DNA of 62,717 nt, filler included, from Choristocarpus tenellus KU-1152 (GCA_964200185.2; 8 parts of 8 records of this genome joined end to end with filler, not necessarily neighbours in it); one strand, 5' to 3'. Positions 39,767 to 52,057 are shown, counted from the first letter of the whole stretch. Numbers and translations are program-made. The notes: a model not told the origin generated them from the sequence alone.

Positions 39767-39942
39767 GACCCAAAGTATCTGTGGGGGGGGGGGCTACACC
39801 AGGGTGTCCATTTGGACCAAAGTCAGGAAAGGTGCATTTACATTATCCATCGGACGTAGCAAACCAAATCAACCAAAAATCGCGACATGAAAAAATTAAC
39901 CCCAAATGGACAGCCGCCACCCCCCCCAAGATACTTTGAGCT
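39767..39942. mobile_element. MITE subfamily A, imperfect 4-bp TSD (ATAA/GTAA)
   Basis: GACCCAAAGTATCTGTGGGG ... CCCCCCAAGATACTTTGAGCT; interior matches the copies at 16096 and 48143. Confidence 0.85.
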
Positions 39943-40248
39943 GTAAGACGTTCGAAAACATTACCTCTTCGTAGCAGCAACACCTTCCTCGCATTTTTCC
40001 AGCCAGGGTGGGGGAGGACAAATATTCTTACTCATCAGTTTTCCCTGCAGCAACAATTTCATCTCTAATTAACTCAAATACGAAAGATCTAAAACCAGAA
40101 TATTCCACCAGCTTCAGCTCAAGTGTGGGTGAGGAATTAAGGCAGGCAGAAAGTGCGACATCTATGCATGCCTCAACACGACAATGAACAAGAACTCTGC
40201 CCACACAGTCATCCATGTGCCCCTCAACAAACAACACTTCGCTCAGGT

Positions 40249-40508
40249 GAGTGAAAGTATCTTAGAGGGTATGAGTTTTGCCCTGTTTGTCCATTTGGGG
40301 CTTGGCATCCCACAGATTTTTTAATAACTTCTTCCTATTCCGAAATGTTTCGAAGTAGGTAAAATGTATGTATGTTATAGAAAGGTGTGTCCAGAACAAG
40401 GATATTGACTCTTCCAAATAAACCTGACAGCCAAAATTACATCAAAATCACAACATTGGATTTTGGCCCCAAATGGACGGGACCCTACCCTCTAAGATAC
40501 TTTGGCTC
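40249..40508. mobile_element. MITE subfamily B, 4-bp TSD AGGT
   Basis: GAGTGAAAGTATCTTAGAGGG ... CCCTCTAAGATACTTTGGCTC, with AGGT at 40245-40248 and 40509-40512. Confidence 0.88.
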
Positions 40509-41485
40509 AGGTGTTATTGCAACAAGCATGCTCTCTTCCCCCTTCTAATCTTCTGTGTTTATTTCTTACTATTAACTGGTGCATGTTGTCAAAATACACC
40601 CTGTAGAGAGTATAATGCAGCCTATTTAGCTATCCTTGGGGTGAATATACGCATTGCATTACGCTGCATTACATTCATAATACCCATTGCATCGTACAAC
40701 TATATCTGTTTCATCTATCTCATCTCGCCCCATTCCATTAAGTACAAATTCTTTCCACATATCATACACGCCACCTACGTGGAGGGGTTGCCCTCTATGG
40801 TTCAAAAGATTGACCGACTGGGCCAACACCAACTTAGAGGTAGGCAGGTTTCAANNNNNNNNNNNNNNNNNNNNNNNNNNNNNNNNNNNNNNNNNNNNTT
40901 AATTAATTAANNNNNNNNNNNNNNNNNNNNNNNNNNNNNNNNNNNNNNNNNNNNCTGCAGTCCCATCTTTTCCACCCCAACCGAAAATTTCCTCTCATCA
41001 TGAAACCCCCCCCCCCCCCCACCCCACCCCACCCCACCCCGAAATAATACCGAAGTCACAGGCAGAACATCATTGCTTGTCATCAATACAGCATTGAGAA
41101 AAACGAAACAAGCAAGAAGTGTCCCAATCCCATGGACTTCTACCCCCATCTCAAATTCAGAGACGTGAAGATATGAGTGCCTTGGTTGTTTGCAAATCCC
41201 GTGTGTGTTTGTTAAAAAAAAAAAAAAACTCAAATCAATCACTGGGTTGCAAAAACATCAGGATCGCGATTACGTGCCCATCACCACAAGCAAATACGAG
41301 CACATCGCATAGCATCTCCAGAAAATTAAGGTGCGGTAAGTCAACAATTTAAAAAAGGAGACAGTTTCACATTTTGTGAGGGGGGACAATTCCTACGGAG
41401 GATTCATACTAATAGTACCCTTCCTAGCTAGACACTACGATGATTGCATCACCGTCTTTGGACGGGGGGAGTCACACAGACCTAC

Positions 41486-43354
41486 CTTGGAATGCTTACT
41501 ACAGTGTCAGCCGCACCATATACCCCATCCTTGACAGCAGTAGCAGCCTTCCCTACCCCTGCTGCAGCCCCTGCAACAGATTCCACTGCCCCTGAGACAG
41601 CACTTGCTGCAGCAGCCGGTGCTCTAGAGATAGCAGCCACACTCTCCTTAGTACCTACTCATCGATGAGACCGAGCGGGCAGAGTGGGTTTTGTTTCACG
41701 ATTGCCAAACAATCACTGCCTCGGGATGGAATTGGAAACAATTTGTCTTCACCCTTGGCTAAAAGTGTTCGTCTGCATTGGAATGGACAAGCCAACATCG
41801 GAGTTCCATCACCATGCTTCGGGGCTAGGTCAGCAGGTAGATATAGAGCCTTTTCGTGACACCACACCAAGCTCGACATTTCCCCCGAGTACCAATCAAC
41901 CATGTTCTTAAAGGTATCATAAAATTTCACACTCAGTGCTTCTGTCACATTGTAATTTACTCAAGGCAGAGTAGAACAATACTCTATACACCTTATCATG
42001 CTCTAGAGTAGATCTCAAAGCACAACCAGAATTGGTCCCACACGTTGCAACTCAACAAGCAGTAGAGCACATGTACCCTGCTCCAATTGTATGTACCCTT
42101 AGTTTGTAGACAGTAAGACTGCCTTTCCTTGGACTGACCTTGCAGGTCTACTACCAGGAGACTCTCTCGGTTCTATTATCGAAGTTGGTGCAGTGGGTGT
42201 GAGGGGTTGGGTTCACTGTCTAAGTCCTGGCTTGCGTTTTCTAAGCACTTTGTTCCATATAGTAGCATGCAACAGGTTGGCACGATGCGAAACGTGCGAT
42301 GCAGTCAACCAAAAAGCACAACTGTAAAGCTAGGTGCATACAGTTTAGGAAATAACTGTGTGTGGATAGTGGAAGGATTTTGGCATGAAAAGTAATCAAC
42401 CTACTAGAGCATAACCCTACACCACCCTACACATGCATGCACAGTGTAAGTAACCAAACAGTCATCGCCATCTCACCCTCGATGGCGGACTTTCCTCCCT
42501 CCACAACCGTTCTAGCAGTGTCAGGAGCAGCCTGAGCAGTTTCCACCACTCCATCTAAAACGTCGAGTGAAGACCAGAAAGCATCTTTAAAGGTCGTAGC
42601 AACCACACCAAACAAACGCAAACCCGCGCCCGCAACCTCCAAGGGGCTGGCCTTAACAGGAACCGAGGTAGGTGCTTGTTCCACACTGCTTCTAGAGTGC
42701 GAAGGAATCCATATCGCAGTTATAGCACCGGGAACAGTAGTTAGGTGTCTATCAGCTTCATTTACCAGATCCTTTAGGGTACGAAGTATTGATGGAAGGG
42801 CTTAGTCCATCGATGATGGGAATAGAGCAAAGTTGGGGAGGGCGCAGAGAGGATGCTCACCTAGATGCAGCCACCGCCCCCGCCAGATCTTCGACGGTCT
42901 CAGCAGTATTGTATAGGACGTCTTTCGCCGCAGTCACTCCCTGGCCTACCTTGTCGAGCCCTGCTTTCACCACCTGCACAGGGTTTTTGGAGGGGGGTGA
43001 CGCTCCCCATCGAGCAGTCTTGCGCTCATCCTCTGGTTCTGTCGATTCTAGCATTACATTCTTGGCAGCCTCCGCACCCTTCACCAATTTGGACGCCCCG
43101 CTAGAAACTGATTTGATCGGTTTAGTCACAGGTGAGAGGTCGACGACACCGCCCTTCAAGGTGTTCGTCTTGTTGATCTTGTCAGCCTTGCTCGAGGTCA
43201 TGGACAATACGGACTTGGACACGGAGGACTGCGATACACTCCATGATTTATGGCAAGATAGGCATCGAATTGTAGTTGGATTGAGGAAACTGTGACCAGG
43301 GCTGCTACTTTGGGCAACCAGGAGGAAAGTCACTGCAGTCGATGATCCCCTCAT
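41486..43354 (-). CDS. Predicted plastid-targeted Ala/Val/Gly-rich amphipathic repeat protein of unknown function; 3' end not found (presumably beyond the gap)
   Basis: Exons 43354-42861, 42691-42477 and 41654-41486, GT-AG with matching phases at both junctions. N-terminus MRGSSTAVTFLLVAQSSSPGHSF followed by a Ser/Lys-rich transit-like stretch. One related motif per exon: GQGVTAAKDVLYNTAETV, GVVATTFKDAFWSSLDVL, GKAATAVKDGVYGAADTV. Confidence 0.75.
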
Positions 43355-43739
43355 CTTTCTCCCCTCACTCAGCAAGCCAGCATAAGATCCACGACTTCCC
43401 TAAGCAGTACAAGCAACCTGGCGCTGGCAGCGGTTAAGGCGGAAGGCCGTGCTTGGAAAGCAGGCCTAGCCACCGCTTGGAGGCCTAGACTCGGAAGGGC
43501 AAGTCTGAAAAAGGGGAAGGTAGATGCTGGTTCATGTTGTTGTAGTTTGAGAAAAACAAAAGAAAATATGATGTTGATTCAGGATGTATGTATCCTGTGT
43601 TAGCGTGGCAACTTCCTGACACAGAACGTAGTAGTCTGTGCGCGCAAAGGAAGAGGGTGGTGACGCCTCTCTAACAAAGCCTTTGACAAGAGTCGCATTG
43701 ACGCTCTGGGATTTCTCAGGTGGACCCATCTTCGTCGCC

Positions 43740-46700
43740 ATGAAGCTGCTTGGTGCTGCCGTTCTAGCACCCTTCTTTCCACTTTGTAAGAGTCCCATGA
43801 GTTCGAGTCGTGGTATCTTAATTACAATCGCAAATTAGGGTTCGGAGTTGTTAACTAGGATTTCATTGACCTTACTTCATTTGGTACTTTAATATGGGGA
43901 GGACAATACCCAAATTCTCACTTCTTCAGGGTGCAGAATCGGCATTGAACCGTAAGGTAGACCGTGAAGAGCATGTCTCTCTAAAGGAGAAGGGACATTG
44001 ACATCTGTAGAGTGTTTTCCGATCGCTTGAGTCATTTCCAACCTCGAGAATTCCAGCATTCACTATGAAAGTCGGATGGCATAGTTGGCAGGGACCTCCA
44101 GCTTCTGTGGAGGATGCAGCCACCACTGTTGGATTGAGTCTCGTGACGCCTTCTATTGTTGTTGAATGACTTGAAGTGCTTTTGAATGGCTTTCCTTTCC
44201 GCATTTCCTACCGTCGAGTTAATCCATCACCCTTATTGCTCTCCTTTTTCGAACAGACAGCGAAGCATTCTCATCGCTTGTTGCTGGAAACTCAGGACCT
44301 AAATTAACGGGAAGTTCGACAGCCATGTCCATACGTGCAGCAGACGGACCAATCTCCAGAAGGTCGATTGTCGTTGCCGGGGCTGCCTTCCTAGCCACAG
44401 CCACAGCGTCGCTTTTCGGTTCATCTAGTGCACTCGCGGCATCGGCAGTGGAAATCTCGTCCTCCGGTTTCGACATCACTCCGTTGGCGCCGGAAATTGT
44501 AGAGTCCAAGGTGGACAAGTTCTCAGCACTCCAGAAGCAGGTTCTCCTGCAGGTACGGGGGGAGAGATGAAAGAGAAAAGGAGGGTCAGTCTTGATTTTG
44601 AGCAGTTTTCCTCTCGTCAAGATGTCACGCTTTTGTGTTCATAGTCTAATTGTGTTTCAACCTTGTGTGCTTTTGTATCCTTGTATCCTTGCTTTTGCTA
44701 TATATATTTGGTCACCAATCTTTATGTGCTCTACATTTCTTCCTATATGGAAGCTATTAGACTATTCCACAACTCCGAAGTCACAAAATATCTCTTGCCT
44801 TTCCACGGTTGGCTCCATAGCAATGATGAAATTATCCTATTCGTCTCTCGGCTGCTGTTTATACATAGAATTGCAGGTTCTAGAGAGAGATGACCATCAT
44901 AAGGCTGGCGTCACTTACATAATGCAGAGTCTTCGTTTTGAGCAGGGTCTGATCGGGTGTCCTTTGATGCATTGCCCTCTGGCACACCTCAGCGCTAAGA
45001 AACCCACCAACAGGATGTTTGCGAGGCCTTATCAGAAGCAGCTCTCTGATAATTCTCAGTCAGACACAACATGTTGGACATCTACGCTTGAAAAAAATTA
45101 TTTCCATCTAACCTCTCTGCTAGCCTCTCTGCTCCTAGTTGAAGGGATGCTGATTGTTACCACCTTGATATCCACATTTCCCTGTTACCGTTGTCCACAT
45201 TCCGGCAAGGTCCATCATCACACCCCTCCATCAATTGAGAGACTTTTGGAGATGTCAGCTCAACTGTTCTAGGCACAACAATGCCCCCATAGCTTGAACC
45301 TCTCTGTGGTCACAGTAGCCATCCCCACCCGATTTTCAACTCACAAGTGTGCCCCAATGTCCACTCCCTCCCCCCCCCCAACCATCCACCCACCCACCCA
45401 CCCACTCTTCCCCCTGAAACCATACCAATTTCACCATGACCCACGACCATTCGCGCACCACAAGGCGGGCACAGAGAGACCATTCACAGGTACCACCGTC
45501 AATGGCTACACAGGAAACACTAAGGCAGACGGGACCTGGGTTAGCGCAGTCTCTGGCGTACCTCTGTTCAGCTCCTCTGCCAAGTACGACAGTGGAACTG
45601 GCTGGCCGAGGTGGGCTTTGAAACAACTCGTGGTGTATTTTTTCAAAGATGTTATTATCGGTTACGGTTGGTTTTTTAAAACGGTAGTATATCTATGCCA
45701 ACGGGTGAGCATGGCGAGCTTGGATGGGGAGAGGTGACTTTTTACGAGCTAGGAAGTTGCACGTGTGTCGGCGTGGGTACGTGGGATGACGGTGGAAGAG
45801 TTGAACCGCCTTGCAAAGGTGTGGAGATTATCTAGTCAGCGATTATCTGTAGTCGTATGGTACGTACAGGTGGAGTGCCTGCTGTTTTTCCTCCCGAGTT
45901 GTTGTCATTGAAGATGCTCATCTTGACTACTACTACCACTACTAGTCTTTGTAGAATTGATGCCAAGTCTACTGCACAAGGTATCACTGTTTAGTGTGGT
46001 CCTTTGGAAGGCGTGTATCCTAGGTTGTAGATCCTGCACAGTCCGTACTCGAGTCTTCTGTGCGCTAGCCAAGTTGACGAAGGTGAAGAGGGAAGAAAAA
46101 AGCCAGTATCATGTGGGAACCAGTGATGTACACAGGGTTTGCGTTCTTGTTGGCAGTATGGTAGGACTGTGTAAGATAAGGTCGCTGCTGGTGCAAGGTC
46201 TAGTCTATACCTTGACCAATGAATCTCATACCGCCGTGCCCGCCCGCTCATCCACCCACACTTAGTGTGTGTGCCCCACTGCGTTTTGGATCCCTGCTGG
46301 CATGTCCGGTGGAAATGTCTTGTTGAGGATATGATGGAAACACAATCAATTTTTGATGAGAAAAAAAAAATAAATATATATATATATATATATACACTTT
46401 TTTTTGTGTCTTGGCCCCAGAGGTATTGTCAGGTAGGAATAGGACATGTCCATTTTTCCCTTTTTAAGAACGTGATTGCATTGAAGTAGTAAGAGTGCTC
46501 TGACTGATGAAGTAGTGGAATCTCCCCTGCCGTTGGCCCACTTCCACCTGTCCTAACCCTAGACCTTTTAAGTCTTGTCCATGGCCATGGTTGTGGAGTT
46601 GATTGGAACGGATAGCGAATGCGTGAAAGGCGAAGCGTGCGTCTCAGGGTAAAACTTCTCAAGTCACCCGTCCCGACCCTTTCCCCGCTGATGATCATCT

Positions 46701-47208
46701 TCTACATCAAACCCTTCACACAGACTCAGACTCCTCACCCAGTCACAATGGGTTGAGCCACATCTAGCTTGGTGCTCTGGCCTTGTCTCAAAAAAGGCAC
46801 ATCTAGCTGTGCACACGTTGAGTGCCGTAGGAAATGCCTTGAAAAAAAAAAGTAGTAGGTCTCTTTTTATTTTTGATTATCTTGTGTTCAGTGCAGCTCT
46901 TTTTGAAACCATTGACCAATTCATATTCTGATTGGCACAGCTGTTTTTGTTTTTTGACGGGGGGGGGGGGGGGGTGCAGCCTTGCCAAAAAAGCCCCGCA
47001 ACAACAAAGTCTACTTTGGGGTCCTCAGCTTTAGNNNNNNNNNNGGGGGGGGGGGGTTGGTGGTTCAGCTCAGCGACAAGAGCCCTCGCAGTACAGAGTA
47101 CTCTGAGGGTACCTAAGCATTAGTACACAACTGCATGATATCAGGTTAATGAGGTGTTGATAAGTGACTCCATATTCAACAGATCTCAAAAGGTGTTTCT
47201 CCCCTCTT

Positions 47209-47255
<47 letters not shown>

Positions 47256-47796
47256 ATCTTATTATCTTGTAGCATTGTCTTCAAAGCGAACATCGCATCC
47301 TCAAATCAAATGTGCATGGGGCGGACTTTCACAGTCCTACAAGCTCTCACCCGAGAGGATGAAATCAGAAAAAATCGGAAAAATATATATATATTGGAGT
47401 GCATCGTTTCAAACTAAGTTAATGATGATCGCTTGCTGTTTCAGAGCTGCAGTCGACTTAACTTTGGATGTCCGCATTTTTCTTCTTTTAAAAAAAAAAA
47501 GAAAGAAAGAAAGAAAGAAAGATGTGTGTACTATGGTGCTACTACAGCCCCACACTACTTGGCCACTATTACCGTTCAAACTCCTGTCACTACTACTCCT
47601 TACACAATAATGGATTTTTTTTTTTCCTCTGACCGGCTCCATCATGATTTTTTTTTTTTCATTTTCAGCTTCTTCAAGACCATTGACCCACAGCACGTAA
47701 TCGAGAGGAGAGACCCCAAGGACGTGGCGACCCTTCCAGGCTTCCTTCAGAGGGTGGAGGTGTTGGATAGGAAGAGTGGAACACATCTGGGACACG
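43740..47796 (+). CDS. msrB: Peptide methionine sulfoxide reductase B (MsrB/SelR), plastid-targeted with a twin-arginine signal; last exon with the catalytic Cys is missing at the gap
   Basis: Exons 43740-43785, 44257-44552, 45465-45610 and 47669-47796, phases consistent. Joined: [20 protein letters not shown]...[30 protein letters not shown]...[14 protein letters not shown]...[33 protein letters not shown]...[36 protein letters not shown] and EV...HLGH are MsrB hallmarks. Confidence 0.92.
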
Positions 47797-47989
47797 GTAA
47801 GTCTTCCCACCCCCCACCNNNNNNNNNNNNNNNNNNNNNNNNNNNNNNNNNNNNNNNNNNNNTTAATTAATTAANNNNNNNNNNNNNNNNNNNNNNNNNN
47901 NNNNNNNNNNNNNNNNNNGCGAACCTTCTGCCCCCCCCCGCTTGGATTAGGTGCAACCAAGCCTAATCCACATGGACCTTTAGAAACCT

Positions 47990-48600
47990 GCCATCAAACC
48001 ACTTGCTGCATCTATCAACTGCATCTATCAGCTTCGTTGAGGATGAAGTCGAATAGCTCCTTCCAGTGGGGACAAAACCAGCCTAGGGTTGATGTGCTGG
48101 AGACCTACCTTGCCCCCACGGCCTCCAACCACCACTTGAGGTGACTCGAAGTATCTGGGGGGGGGAGTCTACACCGGGGTGTCCTTTGGGCCCTGACCAG
48201 GAAAAGTACACATACATTATCCATCCAACGCATTCAACCAAATCACACAAAAAATCGCGACATGGAAATATGGGCCCCAAATGGACAGCCTCCACCCCCC
48301 CTCAGATACTTTGAGCCAGGTGCAGTTTGCTTATAGTCATGTTGAGCTCTTCGAGCTCGGCCTCTAGCTGACGAATGGTCAGATGTCAACACTGGGAGTT
48401 GATCTCGACGATTTGGTGCACCTTGGCAGACGTGAAGGCCAAGGGAGCAGCAGTCCTCTTGTTGGTATCAACAGTGAGCATAACATGAGGCCAGTGTCAA
48501 GGTGCTGCACTGTCTTGTTCCACAACCTGGAGGTGTAGCATTTGGAGACCTTGAACTAGGCCCCAAGAGCCAGACCAACACCTCTCGGAAGGTTCAGTTT
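47990..48600 (-). mobile_element. Third, more decayed mariner-like transposase fragment (N-terminal HTH region) interrupted by a MITE
   Basis: Minus-strand PLAFTSAKVHQIVEINSQC*HLTIRQLEAELEELNMTISKL..KWWLEAVGA parallels RPLELTPTKMATIHSINSDNQSSTVR...STIKRWLDDMGA of the copy at 55288-55845. Confidence 0.6.
48143..48317. mobile_element. MITE subfamily A, 4-bp TSD AGGT, nested in the mariner remnant
   Basis: GACTCGAAGTATCTGGGG ... CCCCCTCAGATACTTTGAGCC, with AGGT at 48139-48142 and 48318-48321. Confidence 0.88.
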
Positions 48601-48840
48601 TCCAGGAGGCAAAGCAAGCACATACCTCAAAACCAATGCGTAGCATCCCTCCCCAGAGAATTAGCTCTGCAATGTTGCGGCTGTCAGATGGGCTACTGGG
48701 TTCAGCCACCTAGCTGCTGTTGGACCTTCTGTAGCTGTTGTCATACAGTTTACCCTTGCCGTGCTGCTTCTGAAACACGGCAGAACGTTCCCAAAAAATG
48801 CTGAGGGTAAACCGCGATTCTCAGAAAAAATTCCATTCCG

Positions 48841-48871
<31 letters not shown>

Positions 48872-49389
48872 AAAGACAATGAAGAGACCTAGAAATCCAG
48901 TGCTTTTGAATGATACCCAATGATAACCTATTTATGGAACGCCTCGCAGAGGTTGTGGGACAGAGGGAGTACAGAAATGGTGCTCCATCCCACCACGCCA
49001 AGAAAGTCCTTGGCATGGTTTTGAAAACTACTCTCTGCTCCACAATGAAATGAAGAGTATACCTCCCAGTTGAAAAGAAAAAAGTTAAAACCACTATCCT
49101 ATTCAACATGCCATACATATTTATATCACAGTTACAACAATTTCTGACTGTGATGCTCTTGTACAATCAATACAACCAATAAAACCGATGCAATGAGTAT
49201 AACAAATCCCACAGTATTACTACAGCAAGTAAGATGTGAAGCACACAAGCAAAAATGCCTGTCAAGTCAAGTAACCCCCACCCCCTCACATGCCCACGAT
49301 GAATGCAAACAACCAGCCCCTGTGACCCATCTCCTTCATTCCTTGAAAACATGTTCTGGCAACACAGATCGTCTGCCACGCTGTCTCAC

Positions 49390-52057
49390 CTCTTCCCTGT
49401 CAAGGATGTCCCCCTTGCCCACACCAAGGCGATCTGCGAGAGAATCAACAACAGTGTCCCCTCTCACAAACGCTGCATTCCATCCCACAGAATCTCCTGC
49501 CCTTGCCCTCCTGTCACGCTCCTTCCTGTCCTTGTACGTACTGCCCACAAAAAACAAAACATATTTGAGCATATTTAGGGAGTAGATAAGGACAGGGTGG
49601 TACCGTTGATACTAGAGATAATACTAATACTGCACTGGAGGAGAGGTGCCTATACGGATGGGAATTGTTGTGGGTGTGATTTGACCTCGTGGGGGGCAGG
49701 GTGATTGGAAGCGCAAGTTGTGTAGAGGACACTCTGTTTTCGCTGAGGAGATCAGTAACCTTTCTGGCTCAATCAAACCACACCTGACTTCCTTAGCAGT
49801 AATTGCAGATGTCAGCATCAATACTGCATTCCTTTGAAGATCGCCCATGGAACTAGGTACAAGTGTTGAGATATATAAGCAAAAAGACCCCAGCTAATGC
49901 CCAATTTTGTTACGCATATATCCACAACACAACAGGAGGTTTGGGATTAGTTTGCCTAATATGTTGACGTTAGTTGGCATGTTCCCTGTGCCTTACCTCG
50001 AGAGGGGTGGCACATGTATGACTCAGGAAGAAGAGGAACTACAGGACTAGGGTTGCATCTCCCAACTACGCGGACAGAAATGGCTGGTAATGATACAATT
50101 AATACTACAATGACAAAAACAATATGTACTAATGACATATCAATCGGGAGTGGTGGTAATGTTTTGATGGTGATAGCACTTCTGTGATCAGTCTTCCATA
50201 CCACTCCATTTTGCACAAATCAAACAAAACTCTCATGTCATACAGTGTCAAAATTCACCTTTCAGGCGTATCAAGGGAGCAACTTTTTTTTCTCTTTTCT
50301 CAGTTCTGTAACTGTAAAAATCTCTCGCAACAGTCACTTGCAAGGTCATTGGTCCATTTAGACATCACTAAAACCAGCTGACTACACGTGATCTCACCAC
50401 AAATAACTCAAGACCAATTGAATTAGAGGGAATTTTTGTAAACCTACTGGGTAGACAAATGTACCACCACGTGATTCTGATTCCAATAACGCCTCTCATC
50501 TCTTCAGACAAGCCTTACCAATAAGTGAATACAAGGCACTCTATGTTTGAATACATGTTGATATTGATTGGTCAACGAGGAGTTGTTGAATGCCTCAAGA
50601 TAGGTCTTTGGATTGAGGACACAAATCCTTACCAATGTAAGTACCGGTGTCATTCTTGTTTCATAAACTACTGTAACAGTTTCCATTATTAATAGTCCTC
50701 TACTGTAGTATTCACATACGATAGCAGTTCAATATCATTGATTTGAATAACAACACTAATCCTACTAGGGAAAGGCAAATCGAAAATACTAATAGTAGCT
50801 CATCATTGGTAACCACACTCAACTCACAACTAGTAAACACACGGCCCATTTCATTCTACATTTGAACACAGCAAACGTCTCCTATTAAGGGTACAGTTGG
50901 AGCATTTGCATGCACTATGACACGAAACGCCTAACATGCAACACAGTGACCAACTATGCTAACCAACGCCACAACTCCTATGGGCAACACGTTGTTATCA
51001 CATGTTATCACATGCAACAAGGACAAATACTACAATAGGAGACCATGCCAACATGCGCTGACAACATACAGCTAAGCAGTGCATTTTCAAGGCACTGCAC
51101 TACTCTTATGCAATTACTACTATTAGTACTACTTCAACCCACAATTAAAAACTACCAAGTACTACAAACATGACAGTGTGCAGATCAATTTGGTATTATT
51201 ACTATTCTGCTTAAAAAAGAGGAACTACAATAAATGAGATTATAGTCATACCTGCCTGTCTGGCCTCTGATCACACCCGATCCAGATCCTGGCTGCCGCC
51301 GTGCAGGCAAAATATGCATTAGACGCCCCTGAAATGACTGCCTGTCCAGCTGTTCCAGAGCCTTTTCTGCATCTTCTGGGATCATGAACTGAACAAACGC
51401 AAAGCCCTTGCCCTGTATGGAAGGGAAAGTGGACAAAGACCAGAGGGGGGATTGGAAAATCACCTTGTCCATGTCTAGAACATCCTCAAAACAAAGCAAA
51501 ATAATAACAATAATAATAATAAGAAGAATAGTAATAATAAGAATAGTCAAATGGGATTTCTGTACGGCCCACTTCAAGGCCCTCGATGCAGCAGCCAGTG
51601 CCGAATTGAACAAGTACGAGTGTTGTGGAGCACAAAAAATACAATACTACTACTTGCTTGCACAACAAAACGCATTCATATAGCAACAACACATGACACA
51701 AGAGACACAACAAACTTCAACGTTTGAGATACTGTATATTGCATACATACCCACCATGCTGCAGTTGTGACACAAAGAAGGGCGGACGAAAAACGGTCAA
51801 CACTCAAAACTGCTCTCAAGCTACGCCTGGAGTGCAAAAGTTTTACTTGTTCCTTAATATGACCAGGCTGCCATGGTAATCAAAAAGACTCCTTGCAAAA
51901 TAACCAACCCTGCGAAATGTGTAGTCACCTTTTTGACATCATCCACCGGAAGATGCACCTTTGAGAGTGTACCAAAAGCTCCAAATACCTCCTTCAAATC
52001 ATCCTCAGTGCAAGTGAATGGAAGGTTTCGCACAAACAGGCGACCCACCGAGAGCCC
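49390..52057 (-). CDS. RBM19: Multiple-RRM ribosome biogenesis protein RBM19/MRD1, internal fragment (3 exons)
   Basis: Exons 52057-51929 (5' truncated by the gap), 51412-51252 and 49540-49390. [17 protein letters not shown]...VHLPVD..KK|[15 protein letters not shown]...LD...[11 protein letters not shown]...STYK...[28 protein letters not shown] matches the RRM and following WN-motif region of Mrd1/RBM19. Confidence 0.88.

Noticed and set aside
42138-42240. Possible extra minus-strand exon (TQPLTPTAPTSIIEPRESPGSRPA) in the repeat-protein gene
   Set aside because: No in-phase acceptor without a stop, and the flanking exons already join in phase without it.
44592-45272. 226-aa ORF in the ORF track
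   Set aside because: Lies wholly inside msrB intron 2, has a non-ATG start and no recognisable motif.
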